From Candidatus Gottesmanbacteria bacterium RIFCSPLOWO2_01_FULL_43_11b (lineage in GTDB: Bacteria > Patescibacteriota > Microgenomatia > UBA10105 > UBA927), in NCBI GenBank assembly GCA_001780985.1, contig MFJV01000001.1, forward strand, positions 517,099 to 581,098: a stretch of DNA of 64,000 nt, given 5' to 3'. The notes under the pieces were generated by a model. That model was given only the letters and a program-made list of their open reading frames with translations, was not told where the DNA came from and made no database searches. The translations under genes and the position numbers were made by a program. Position 1 is the stretch's first letter. Each line of letters starts with the position of its first letter. Shown here one piece after another: positions 48,263-57,850 of the stretch.

Positions 48263-49710
48263 TGAAGATCCCGCTTGTTTTCTGTTGCTCCGGCATGCGT
48301 GACAGTAATAAATTGCCCTTTGGTTTGCAGCTCTTTAAGACTGTGTGCACCAACGTAACTCATGCTTGAACGTAAGCCTCCGTCAAAAGCGTAGAGAATT
48401 TTTTTCACCGACCCTTTATACGGTGTGGCAATCACTCTTCCTTCCGGCGTATAGTGCTCACCGTTTGTTGAACTATCCCCTAAACTTTTTCGTTTTTGAA
48501 ATGCGCTTGCAGATGCCATCCCCTGCACAAATTTTTTTAAGATCCCGTTATCAAGAAGTGGCTCACCCGGACTTTCAGCAGTCCCGGCAAAGAGACTACC
48601 GATCATCACGCTACTGGCTCCGGCAACGATTGCCTTGGGCAAATCCCCAGGTTCCCGAATTCCTCCGTCTGCCATAATTGGAATTTTGTGTCGTTTTTTA
48701 GATAGCGCTTGGCTAACTTCCATAACTGCGGTAATTTGCGGCATACCGATGCCGGCAATATTTCTGGTTTCGCACACATAACCGGGACCGACTCCGACTT
48801 TCACTCCGTCTGCACCACTGTCGTAAATGTAGCGAGCGCCCTCTGCTGTTGCTATGTTTCCGGCTAAGATAGGAATTTTTATTTTTTCTTTGACTTTAAG
48901 TCGCCGAAGCATTTCTTGTGTATAGATAAGACCACCGTGGGCAATATCCAATACAAGAACGTCAACACCAGCAGTAACCAACAAGTGGGCTCGATCGATA
49001 TCACTGCTTCGTACGCCAATTGCGGCTCCCACCATGAGTCTCCCATTTTTATCAAATGATCCGTTTGGAAATTCCCCTTTATAGGAAAAATCTTTCAGCG
49101 TATACACACCGTCAAGAATTCCTCTCGCATTAACAACGGGTATTTTTTGAATTCTGTGGAGCTGCATTTTCCGCATGGCTGCTTCCTGTTTTGTTCCGAA
49201 GGGAACAGCAATGACACGGGACCGGGGTGTCATAACTTTTGAAATAGGATCAGTTGGTGAGGCGGCGGGATAATCTCTGTTTGTTGCAATGCCAACAAAT
49301 TTACCGTTAAAATTTTTTCCTTTATAAACAATGACATAACCGCGGCCTCTTCTTTTTTGAAGAGCGACTACATCAGCAATTGGGGTATCGACGGAAACGA
49401 CAGGCGGATCATCTTCTATAACGCGCACTAGATCTTTGACAAGTTTTACTTCACTTGCCTGTGCCTCCGGACTCATAAATCGATGGATAATACCTAATCC
49501 TCCCAAGCACGCCATGGTTGTTGCCATCAGATGTTCGGTAACAGTATCCATATTGGCTGAAATTATCGGAAGGTGAATAGGCGGAAGCCCTCGGGCAATA
49601 ACGGTAGAAGTTGATATTTGTGTTCCGTGGCGAGAACGTATGTCCGATAATCCCGGACGGATGAATACGTCACTATAGGAGAGTCCCTGACCGCTAATCT
49701 TACTTGGCAT
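48259..49710 (-). CDS. guaB: IMP dehydrogenase / GMP reductase family protein with CBS domains (may be a GMP reductase)
   Basis: SANMDTVT, DIAHG, AGNIAT, GVGPGYVCETR, ADGGIR; flap lacks the Arg-Tyr dyad. Confidence 0.8.
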   Translation of the reverse strand: MPSKISGQGLSYSDVFIRPGLSDIRSRHGTQISTSTVIARGLPPIHLPIISANMDTVTEHLMATTMACLGGLGIIHRFMSPEAQASEVKLVKDLVRVIEDDPPVVSVDTPIADVVALQKRRGRGYVIVYKGKNFNGKFVGIATNRDYPAASPTDPISKVMTPRSRVIAVPFGTKQEAAMRKMQLHRIQKIPVVNARGILDGVYTLKDFSYKGEFPNGSFDKNGRLMVGAAIGVRSSDIDRAHLLVTAGVDVLVLDIAHGGLIYTQEMLRRLKVKEKIKIPILAGNIATAEGARYIYDSGADGVKVGVGPGYVCETRNIAGIGMPQITAVMEVSQALSKKRHKIPIMADGGIREPGDLPKAIVAGASSVMIGSLFAGTAESPGEPLLDNGILKKFVQGMASASAFQKRKSLGDSSTNGEHYTPEGRVIATPYKGSVKKILYAFDGGLRSSMSYVGAHSLKELQTKGQFITVTHAGATENKRDLH

Positions 49711-49719
49711 TATATAGTA

Positions 49720-51210
49720 TTACTCCCATTCTATCGTCCCTGGAGGTTTTGTGGTGATATCATACACCACACGGGAGACATTTGGAACTTCATTGACAAT
49801 GCGGCTTGCCATTTTTTGTAAAAGATCATACGGAAGCTCGGCCCATGTTGCTGTCATTCGATCGCGGGACACCACTGCACGGATAGCGATTACTTCACCA
49901 TATCCTCGTCCGTCACCCCGCACTGCAGTTGATCGGATACCGGTTGCCACAGCAAACGAATGGAGCAGTGTTTCATATAAGAGTGATTTTTTCATTTCCT
50001 CGACAACGATATTGTCTGCTGCTCGAACTTTTTCTAAACGCTCTTTGGTCACTTCACCGATAATTCGAATTGCAAACCCGGGCCCCGGGTGTGGCTGTTC
50101 TTTAATAAACGACTCTGGGATCTTTAGGTCTTTTGCAAGCAATCGCACTTGGTCGGTGTAGAGATATCGAAGCGGTTCGATGAGTTGTAGTTTCATTTTT
50201 TCGGGTAATCCTCCGACATTATGGTGTGACTTAATAGTCGCGGCGTGTTTCGTTCCTTTCGATTCAATCACATCGGAATAAATAGTTCCCTGGACCAGAA
50301 ATTTAACTTTTTTAAATCGTTTCACTTCCTCTTCAAAAAAATCGACATAAAGTTTTCCGATGATTTTTCTTTTATGTTCCGGATCAGTAATTCCTTTGAG
50401 TGCTGCAAGAAATTCTTTTTCTTTATGAAGAATAACGGCATTGGTAAAGAATGTCATGACTTTTTTTGTTGTTCCCTCACGCATAAGCCCGCTTTCGATG
50501 TGAATATGAATGAGTCGCTTGCCTATTGCTTTTTCTACTAACGTTGCAGCTACTGTTGAGTCGAGTCCTCCGGAAACAGCCGCGATTGCGTATGAGTTCC
50601 TAACGGTTTTTTTAATATTTTGAATCATTTCTTTCGTGTCAATGTGCTTTGTTTGTGTTTTTATGCCGCAGATCGCAAGAAAATTTTTGAGAATTATGTT
50701 TCCATGTTCCGTGTGCTCGACTTCCGGGTGAAACTGCACACAATAAATTTTTTTAACCTCATTGGTCATCGCAGCAGCTCGAATTGATTCCGTTTGTGCG
50801 ACAAATGAAAATCCCGGTGGGGGAGCAACAACAGAATCGCCGTGACTCATCCAGACGCGTGACCGAGGAGAAAGAGAATCAAACAGTCTCGTTTTGCCAT
50901 TGATAAGAAACGTTGCCGGTCCGAACTCTTTTATCTTTCCCGGTTTTACATCGCCATGGAGAAGGTGGGCTGTTAACTGCATGCCGTAGCAAATGGCGAG
51001 TATTGGGATCCCCATATCAAATATTTTTTTATCTACTGTTGGTGCACCGGGTGAATACACTGATGCGGGCCCTCCGGAAAAAATTATCCCTTTGGGTGTA
51101 TTTGTCATTGCCTTTTCGGGCGGTACTATTTCAACTACAACTCCCATATCGCGTAATCGTCGGGCGATAAGGTGAGCTGTTTGTGAGCCGAAATCAACAA
51201 GAACTACCAT
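49720..51210 (-). CDS. guaA: GMP synthase (glutamine-hydrolysing)
   Basis: DFGSQ, ICYGMQ, QFHPEV, SGGLDS, IKSHHNVGG, KPPGTIEWE. Confidence 0.97.
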   Translation of the reverse strand: MVVLVDFGSQTAHLIARRLRDMGVVVEIVPPEKAMTNTPKGIIFSGGPASVYSPGAPTVDKKIFDMGIPILAICYGMQLTAHLLHGDVKPGKIKEFGPATFLINGKTRLFDSLSPRSRVWMSHGDSVVAPPPGFSFVAQTESIRAAAMTNEVKKIYCVQFHPEVEHTEHGNIILKNFLAICGIKTQTKHIDTKEMIQNIKKTVRNSYAIAAVSGGLDSTVAATLVEKAIGKRLIHIHIESGLMREGTTKKVMTFFTNAVILHKEKEFLAALKGITDPEHKRKIIGKLYVDFFEEEVKRFKKVKFLVQGTIYSDVIESKGTKHAATIKSHHNVGGLPEKMKLQLIEPLRYLYTDQVRLLAKDLKIPESFIKEQPHPGPGFAIRIIGEVTKERLEKVRAADNIVVEEMKKSLLYETLLHSFAVATGIRSTAVRGDGRGYGEVIAIRAVVSRDRMTATWAELPYDLLQKMASRIVNEVPNVSRVVYDITTKPPGTIEWE

Positions 51211-51212
51211 AC

Positions 51213-51833
51213 TTATTGTAATACTATTCTATCGTGCGGTCCTATCTCTGATACTCTCACGCAGGAAAATACTTTTATTCCGAGCGTTGCGATTTGGTCG
51301 AGTCCCCCTTGGAATACTTTATCAAAGAGCACCGCGTATCCCACCACGGTAACACCGCGCTCTTTAAGTCCGCTAATAATTCTATGTCCTGTTTCGCCTG
51401 TGGCGCAGACATCATCAAGAATAAGCACCCGGTCCCCTTTTTTTACGAAGGAAAGATTGATGCCGGAAAAAACCATCGTGCCGCCGGTACTTGTGGTAAA
51501 TGAACGGATTTCTTCGCGGTAGACGTCTTTCCATGACGTCGGAATATTTTGATCTTTGCGTGAAGCATGCAGCCGAACATCTTTATCGAGTTCCAACGCA
51601 ACGGCGGTTGCTAAATAATTTCCTGAATGAGGGATGCCATGAATGACCGTAATATCGTCATCACGAAATGTGTTGGAAATGAGTTTTGCTGCTGCTGCAA
51701 GAACGGAGGGTTTCATGCGCAAATTAAAAGAAGAGATGGAGATGTACCCGCGCTCGTGATCAATGACTTTTGCCTCTTTGAGGAATTCTTTTTTGAGGAA
51801 ATCGGTCGCGTTTTTTACCTCGTCAGTCCCCAT
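51213..51833 (-). CDS. purine phosphoribosyltransferase (Xpt/Apt-like)
   Basis: SFT motif, GDRVLILDDVCATGET; upstream of guaA. Confidence 0.85.
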   Translation of the reverse strand: MGTDEVKNATDFLKKEFLKEAKVIDHERGYISISSFNLRMKPSVLAAAAKLISNTFRDDDITVIHGIPHSGNYLATAVALELDKDVRLHASRKDQNIPTSWKDVYREEIRSFTTSTGGTMVFSGINLSFVKKGDRVLILDDVCATGETGHRIISGLKERGVTVVGYAVLFDKVFQGGLDQIATLGIKVFSCVRVSEIGPHDRIVLQ

Positions 51834-51846
51834 AGCCCACTATATA

Positions 51847-52053
51847 TCAAATAGCAGGTTTTTGCAATGTGTTTACATGCCCCCCACGTAAATCATGTCC
51901 TCCCGCCCGAGCAGGTGTTGATTGAGGTTTTTCATCCGGTTTTAGTGGTGGTTTTAGTTCTTCTGCAACAGTTTGACCGTTCAGTTTTGGTGCATTTACA
52001 CCAACAACAAACGGATAACCACCAATCCAACGAATTTCTTGTTTTGCTGCCAT
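51847..52053 (-). CDS. small hypothetical protein
   Basis: Short ORF directly after 52055..52303. Confidence 0.45.
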   Translation of the reverse strand: MAAKQEIRWIGGYPFVVGVNAPKLNGQTVAEELKPPLKPDEKPQSTPARAGGHDLRGGHVNTLQKPAI

Positions 52054-52054
52054 A

Positions 52055-52303
52055 CTAAACAAAAGTAATGCTATGGGCAACTTGTTGCCCTTCTATTTCC
52101 TTAAAGTATGTCATTCCGAATGAGGCACTTTTTGTGACTTTATGCTTTTGAGGTTGGGGAATAAACTCATCCGGTGGGGAAATGACCTCAATTCTGGCGG
52201 CCCAGAACGTTTTACGAACCAAGGTTCCATTAACTGAGAATTTTTGTCCTCTTCTTAGTTCAATTAGTTCAACACGTTGTGAATGGTCTGGGCCAAAAGC
52301 CAT
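52055..52303 (-). CDS. small hypothetical protein
   Basis: SD-like AAGGA upstream, 82 aa. Confidence 0.55.
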   Translation of the reverse strand: MAFGPDHSQRVELIELRRGQKFSVNGTLVRKTFWAARIEVISPPDEFIPQPQKHKVTKSASFGMTYFKEIEGQQVAHSITFV

Positions 52304-52389
52304 TAGTATTTCCTTTCGCAGCCTTTTCCACTAAAAAAGGGCTGCGAAATCAGCCCTAATAACTTTATAGCATGTACACAATGGGCAAG

Positions 52390-52935
52390 TCAAGAGTGAT
52401 CGTTGGCAAATGAAATTTGTTTTTGAGTAAAACCGAGTGAAAGGAGTTTTTCTTTTGACATTTTACCTTGTAAAAGTGTGAGTGTTTCGGTAATTTCAGT
52501 CGGGAAAATGACCCATTTTTTCGTTTCCTGGATAAAATAGTCAGGGTGGAAAATAGAATGAGGCTTATAAAACATCGTGGCGGTGGTAATTGAGCTCGGC
52601 TTGAACCGACGCAGGTAATTAACGGCGCGCTTCAATGTTTTTCCGCTATCGGCAATATCGTCAACAAGGAGGATACGTTTGCCGGTAATATGTCTGCCAA
52701 GTTTTGCTGTAATTTGAAGCTCGCCCTGTTTCTGGATATCTGTATAGCTTTGGATGGTAATAGAACAGATAGGAAGATGCAGGTGATCAGAAAGTAAATG
52801 CCCGAGCGTCAGTCCGCCGCGGGCAATTGCCACAATTTCATCGAACGGCCCTTCGTTTTTGAGAAGCGAGGCGGCAAGATTTTGGGCAAGTACTATATAT
52901 TCGTTCCAGGAAACGGGAAGATACTCCATGCTCAT
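52390..52935 (-). CDS. purine phosphoribosyltransferase (Gpt/Hpt-like)
   Basis: IARGGL, ILLVDDIADSGKTL, PDY, WVIFP. Confidence 0.88.
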   Translation of the reverse strand: MSMEYLPVSWNEYIVLAQNLAASLLKNEGPFDEIVAIARGGLTLGHLLSDHLHLPICSITIQSYTDIQKQGELQITAKLGRHITGKRILLVDDIADSGKTLKRAVNYLRRFKPSSITTATMFYKPHSIFHPDYFIQETKKWVIFPTEITETLTLLQGKMSKEKLLSLGFTQKQISFANDHS

Positions 52936-52962
52936 GGTGATATAGTATACTATAATACTTCT

Positions 52963-53571
52963 ATGGAGAAGCAGAAACACCTCAAATACGCGAGCATTGC
53001 TGTTTCCGGCCGACCCGGAGCAGGGCGATCAACACTTCTTAACAATCTCATGCCCTTGCTAAAACCATTAGGCTGGGAATTTTTTTCCGGCGGAGAGTGG
53101 TCTCGCCAGATTGCCATCAAAAGTGGTAAACATGACCCGAATGATACCAAACACCATCTCGCCACAGCCTACGATGACGACGTTGATCACCAGATTGATC
53201 AGGCGATGAGAGAAAAAATATCCGATCCAAGCATTCATATGGTTATTGAATCCTGGATTGCTGGGTGGAATGCCCGGGGTTTAACACATGTTCTTAAAGT
53301 GCTTCTCATGTGTGATGATGCATTACGGATTGATAGGGTAGTCAATCGTGATAATTTGACCGTTGAAGATGCAAAGAAACATTTAGAGACAAGGGAGCAG
53401 GAGAATATTGCAAAATGGAAGAGGATGTATGGGGTTGGTGATTTTTGGGATCCTAAGCACTACGATCTTGTCATCAATACCTACTCTCACGGCCCGAAAG
53501 AAACCCTTGACCTCGTCCTCCAGGCTCTTGGCTACTATAGCGCGAACGGACAAACACCCAGCGGTGAATAA
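52963..53571 (+). CDS. cmk: cytidylate kinase, archaeal-like type
   Basis: SGRPGAGRST P-loop, FSGG, VIES.IAGW, R..R...RD, YDLVINT. Confidence 0.8.
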   Translation: MEKQKHLKYASIAVSGRPGAGRSTLLNNLMPLLKPLGWEFFSGGEWSRQIAIKSGKHDPNDTKHHLATAYDDDVDHQIDQAMREKISDPSIHMVIESWIAGWNARGLTHVLKVLLMCDDALRIDRVVNRDNLTVEDAKKHLETREQENIAKWKRMYGVGDFWDPKHYDLVINTYSHGPKETLDLVLQALGYYSANGQTPSGE

Positions 53572-53646
53572 GTCATATGAACAAAAACACAGAATTCAAC
53601 GATAAAATTAGACAATTAGGCATAGGTATGCAACAATACGCTCATT

Positions 53647-54165
53647 ATGTTTAAAGACATAGACATAGAGATGCCGCGTGTTGCCGGATTATACCATGTA
53701 ATTTTGCATGGGAAGAGCCTTGATATTATGAAGAGAGGTGCAGTCGACATTGCTTACTACAAGTCCCTTAATATACCTGGAAGTGAAGGTGTGGGTATAA
53801 AGTTTGAAGAAGGCCTTTCGGGTATTGTTGCCGTGTATAAGGAAGGCATACTTTCAAAAAGTTACAACAAACCATGGCAGGTCCAGCTCAAAATGCTCGA
53901 GGAAAAAAATGCGGAGTTTCAGCGAGAAAATCCTTCATGGAAAATTATCTTTCCTCCCAACGCTGCAACAGCGGTAGAAGTGGCACAAGAGGTTTGGGAC
54001 AAGCATAATATTAATGTTCTCCCTAAGGATACTCGCGTTGGAGACGGTTCTGTGAGTGTAGGCTTCAATCCCAATCCCTCAAGGGGCTTTGGCGTCACCT
54101 TCGGCATATCTCCGGATCAGCCTATCAGGTTCGTTGGTGTTCTCCCCCTGGTAGTACCTAAATAG
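53647..54165 (+). CDS. hypothetical protein
   Basis: 172 aa ORF with its own promoter-like sequence. Confidence 0.7.
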   Translation: MFKDIDIEMPRVAGLYHVILHGKSLDIMKRGAVDIAYYKSLNIPGSEGVGIKFEEGLSGIVAVYKEGILSKSYNKPWQVQLKMLEEKNAEFQRENPSWKIIFPPNAATAVEVAQEVWDKHNINVLPKDTRVGDGSVSVGFNPNPSRGFGVTFGISPDQPIRFVGVLPLVVPK

Positions 54166-54204
54166 AATATTGGATTTTCTTCTGCGTGCCTTAGCTTTTT
54201 GCAC

Positions 54205-54951
54205 TTAAGTATCTTGCATGGAAGCGAGAGCCCTCACAAACACCCACCAGTGCATGAACCAAATATAGGTTAGCGATACAGAAAGTTGGAGAAGATCAAC
54301 ATCTGGAAGAAATCCAATTTCAATAAATTCATGAGATCCTCGCCAAAGTAAATTTGACGCGAAAAGTATTAACAGCACGCTTGAAACGCGAAATGCCCAG
54401 TATACAGGAAGTTTGAGCGTTGCTGAGAAGAATACGAATGAAACGAGAAGTCCCGCAATGAGTCCCAATCCAAATCCGCCCAAGATTGGGCCTGGTTGCG
54501 AGGAGAAATAAATTGTTGTCAAAAAAAGAACGATTTCAAATCCTTCGCGAAACACGGCAGTAAATACTAAGCCAAACAACCCCCGTTGTTTACCATTTTT
54601 TTCAACAACGGATTTAACTTTTTGTAAAAGCGCAACTTTGTAATGGGCAAAGTATTTGTGGAGAAAAAAGACTGCCCATGTAATAAAAAAAGCTGAGGTA
54701 ATCATGAGGATTCCCTCAATGAGTTCCTCTGTTCTTCCCGAGTAAACCTCCTGCACTTTGATGCCGAACAAACTGCCCAGACCTAAAAGTGCAATACTTG
54801 CAAGTGTTGCTGCCATCGTTGCGATCCAAACGGTTTTGATTTCTTTGGTACGATTAAGTTTTACGAGGATTCCTAAAATTGTCGCGACGATGAGGGATGC
54901 TTCGATGACCTCACGGAAGGTAACAAGAAGTGAAGGGATCACAAAAATCAT
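54205..54951 (-). CDS. FTR1/EfeU family iron permease
   Basis: Two RExxE motifs (REVIE, REGFE). Confidence 0.92.
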   Translation of the reverse strand: MIFVIPSLLVTFREVIEASLIVATILGILVKLNRTKEIKTVWIATMAATLASIALLGLGSLFGIKVQEVYSGRTEELIEGILMITSAFFITWAVFFLHKYFAHYKVALLQKVKSVVEKNGKQRGLFGLVFTAVFREGFEIVLFLTTIYFSSQPGPILGGFGLGLIAGLLVSFVFFSATLKLPVYWAFRVSSVLLILFASNLLWRGSHEFIEIGFLPDVDLLQLSVSLTYIWFMHWWVFVRALASMQDT

Positions 54952-54971
54952 GCTATCATAGGGACAGTTGT

Positions 54972-56126
54972 ATGGGCAAGCATATTTTTTCAAAGAACGT
55001 CGTCATACTTTCCGTCGTTTCATTCCTCAATGATATCGGTGGAGAAACCATCAAACGCGCAATTCCTCTCTACCTTGCCAATATACTTGGAGTCAAAACA
55101 TCAATCATTGGTCTTATTGAGGGGGTTGCTGAATCGACGCCCCAAGTATTTCAGCCGCTATCTGGCTACCTCTCCGACACCGTTGGTAAACGAAAACCCA
55201 TTATTGTTTTTGGACAGATACTTCGTTCGACCATGCTCCTTCTTTTTTGGGCAGGCAGTTGGCCGCTGGTGTTACTGTTACGTTTTCTCGATAGGAGCGG
55301 CAAGGGGATTGGGAATGCGCCGCGGGATGCACTCGTTGCTGCTTCCACTCCAAGTAATCACGAAGGTCGAGCATTCGGATTAAACCGTGCTATGGATGAT
55401 GCTGGCTCTGTGGTCGGTATGATTATTGCAAGCGTTTTGGTAGGGAGCGCAATTGTTCTTTCTCGCGTGACATTTCAACGTATTGTACTCCTTGCTGTTA
55501 TTCCACTGGTTATTTCTCTTGCCCTCCTTCTCTTATTCCTTCGGGATATTCCTGATGGCAGGAAAGAGGAAAAACTTGTTCTTCATGACAAATTTGGCAC
55601 AAAGTATTACGTTTTTCTTATTTTGTCATTCTTTTTTGCTTTAGGTAATTCCTCCGATGCGTTTTTGATTCTCAAAGCCCAGCAGGTCGGCTTTAGCCTG
55701 TCGCAAATATTTTTACTCCTCGCCGCACTTAACCTTACCGCCTCCCTCACTGGTTATCCTTTAGCAAATTTGTCTGATACAGTCGGGCGGAAAAAACTTC
55801 TTGTTTTCGGATGGCTCCTCTATGGGGCAGTCTATTTTCTTTTTGGTTACACAAATAATCTTCAGATGTTTCTTTCGGCAGCACTTCTCTACGGGGTTTA
55901 TTACGGTATGACGCAAGGGACGGCCAAAGCGCTCGTTGCTGATATTGTTCCCTCATCGCGACGGGGGACAGCCTATGGTATATATAATATGGTAGTCGGA
56001 ATAACGTTACTGCCTGCATCCATCATCGCCGGGTACCTCTGGCAGACATTTGTCCCCGCAACTTCATTCTATTTCGGCAGTGCCATGTCAGCTCTCGCAG
56101 CAGTAGGATTAATAATTCTTTTATGA
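54972..56126 (+). CDS. MFS transporter
   Basis: SDTVGKRK and SDTVGRKK, DRSGKG..APRDAL, about twelve TM helices. Confidence 0.93.
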   Translation: MGKHIFSKNVVILSVVSFLNDIGGETIKRAIPLYLANILGVKTSIIGLIEGVAESTPQVFQPLSGYLSDTVGKRKPIIVFGQILRSTMLLLFWAGSWPLVLLLRFLDRSGKGIGNAPRDALVAASTPSNHEGRAFGLNRAMDDAGSVVGMIIASVLVGSAIVLSRVTFQRIVLLAVIPLVISLALLLLFLRDIPDGRKEEKLVLHDKFGTKYYVFLILSFFFALGNSSDAFLILKAQQVGFSLSQIFLLLAALNLTASLTGYPLANLSDTVGRKKLLVFGWLLYGAVYFLFGYTNNLQMFLSAALLYGVYYGMTQGTAKALVADIVPSSRRGTAYGIYNMVVGITLLPASIIAGYLWQTFVPATSFYFGSAMSALAAVGLIILL

Positions 56127-56641
56127 TTCCATCAGAAGAGGAAGCAAAGAAGCTTTGGGACAAGTACAAATTGCCCAAAGAAAAGAGAATCCATGTCGCA
56201 CTTGTCGCCAAGGTCGCCATGGAATTTGCAAAAAAAATACCGGTAAATAGGAAACTTCTTCTTGCAGCGGCATTATTACATGATATCGATAAAGCTGCGA
56301 TGAAACTGCCCGGCGAGAGACATCCCGATACCGCGGTGAGGATTTTACTTGAAGAAGGAATGGATGAGGTTGCCGCATTAGTGAGGACCCATCCGCTCCA
56401 TGCGATCTTAGATCCAAATATTTCTCCCAAAACAATGGAAGAAAAGATTTTGTACCTCTCAGACAAGATGGTGAAGTATGATATAGTCGGTGTTGATCAA
56501 AGATTTGCTCTCTGGCGTGCGGAAAATCTGCCGAAAGAGGCAGTCGTACTCCTCGATTCAACCTACCCAAAAGTAAAGGCGCTTGAGAAAGAAATGTTTT
56601 CAATTGCAAAAATCTCATTTCCCGTCTATACTAAGGGCTGA
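56123..56641 (+). CDS. HD domain protein
   Basis: H...AALLHDIDK...H...H...EEKILYLSDK. Confidence 0.9.
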   Translation: MIPSEEEAKKLWDKYKLPKEKRIHVALVAKVAMEFAKKIPVNRKLLLAAALLHDIDKAAMKLPGERHPDTAVRILLEEGMDEVAALVRTHPLHAILDPNISPKTMEEKILYLSDKMVKYDIVGVDQRFALWRAENLPKEAVVLLDSTYPKVKALEKEMFSIAKISFPVYTKG

Positions 56642-56646
56642 TCTCT

Positions 56647-57183
56647 ATGAAATTTGTTCAACGGGTCAGCACAGTTTTCGTTATCTTTACACTCATACGA
56701 TTTTCCGCCTTTGCACAGACCCCTCTTCCTTCGATTACATTACCCGCACCAATAATGACAAAGACAGAGTATGTCTTACCGTATCCCGGTATTCTTCCGG
56801 ACCACCCACTATATATTTTCAAACGAATCCGTGATAGGATGTTGGATTTTCTTATCGTTGACCCTTTGCGTAAAGCAGAGTTTTATATTCTGCAGGCAGA
56901 CAAACGATTGGGGATGGGTCTAGTTCTTTTTGATAAAGACAAAGATGATGTAGCAACAGAAACTATTGCTCAAGGCGAGAATTATTTTTCCCAAGCTGTT
57001 ACAGTTCTGACTACATTAAAAAATACGGGGAAAGAAATTCCAGAATATCTTATAGAACGATTGACGAATGCTTCGATAAAACATGAAGAAGTTCTTCTGG
57101 GACTCGCGAGTTCACATGAGAGAGTAAGAGACTCACTTTCTCTCCTTCAAAAACTAATAGACGAAATCAAGAATCTCCAGTAA
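56647..57183 (+). CDS. DUF5667 domain protein
   Basis: YPGILPDHPLY.FK...ADKRL. Confidence 0.8.
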   Translation: MKFVQRVSTVFVIFTLIRFSAFAQTPLPSITLPAPIMTKTEYVLPYPGILPDHPLYIFKRIRDRMLDFLIVDPLRKAEFYILQADKRLGMGLVLFDKDKDDVATETIAQGENYFSQAVTVLTTLKNTGKEIPEYLIERLTNASIKHEEVLLGLASSHERVRDSLSLLQKLIDEIKNLQ

Positions 57184-57368
57184 AACACCCTCTATTGCAG
57201 TTCTGAACACTTTTTGTTTTTTGCATTTAATTTCCCTTCATTGTTTTATATTTACCCCGTACTTTTTCCTCAGAAAAATATCTCCGAGGCTAGGAAAAAA
57301 TATTGACTATCTTTGATATAGAAATTGCTAGTTGACTGACTACGACTAGTGTCTTAGGATTTGGATTG

Positions 57369-57384
57369 GCACAAGATATAGTGT
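57369..57384 (+). promoter_or_regulatory. NrdR box
   Basis: GCACAAGATATAGTGT resembles consensus acaCwAtATaTwGtgt, just upstream of nrdR-nrdJ. Confidence 0.8.
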
Positions 57385-57399
57385 TTTTTTATTTCACGA

Positions 57400-57846
57400 A
57401 TGAAGTGTCCGTATTGCAGCAACAACGATACTGAGGTAATTGAAACACGAGATAGCGAGGATCTCAGCGTAACACGGCGAAGACGAGCGTGTCCGAAATG
57501 CGAAAAGCGATTTACAACATATGAGCGAGTCGAATCTGTGCCGCTCACTGTTGTTAAAAAAGATCAACGAAGAGAACCGTTCGACAGAGAAAAGTTAAGG
57601 CGAGGAATATGGAGAGCAAGCGGAAAAACGACAATTAAGGCAGAAGATATAGATAGGATTGTTGATGAAGTAGAAAGAGAACTTATTACAGGCGATTCGA
57701 CGGAGATACCAAGTAAATCTATTGGACAGCTCGTTGCAAAAAGGTTAAAGAAGTTAGATAAGGTCGCCTACATTCGGTTCGCAAGCGTATTTCGTCAATT
57801 CGTTGATATAGAAGATTTTGAAAAAGAAGTAAAAAAACTTTTGTAA
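57400..57846 (+). CDS. nrdR: transcriptional repressor NrdR
   Basis: MKCPYC...RRRRAC..C.KRFTTYE, ATP cone, VAYIRFASV. Confidence 0.98.
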   Translation: MKCPYCSNNDTEVIETRDSEDLSVTRRRRACPKCEKRFTTYERVESVPLTVVKKDQRREPFDREKLRRGIWRASGKTTIKAEDIDRIVDEVERELITGDSTEIPSKSIGQLVAKRLKKLDKVAYIRFASVFRQFVDIEDFEKEVKKLL

Positions 57847-57850
57847 TTTT

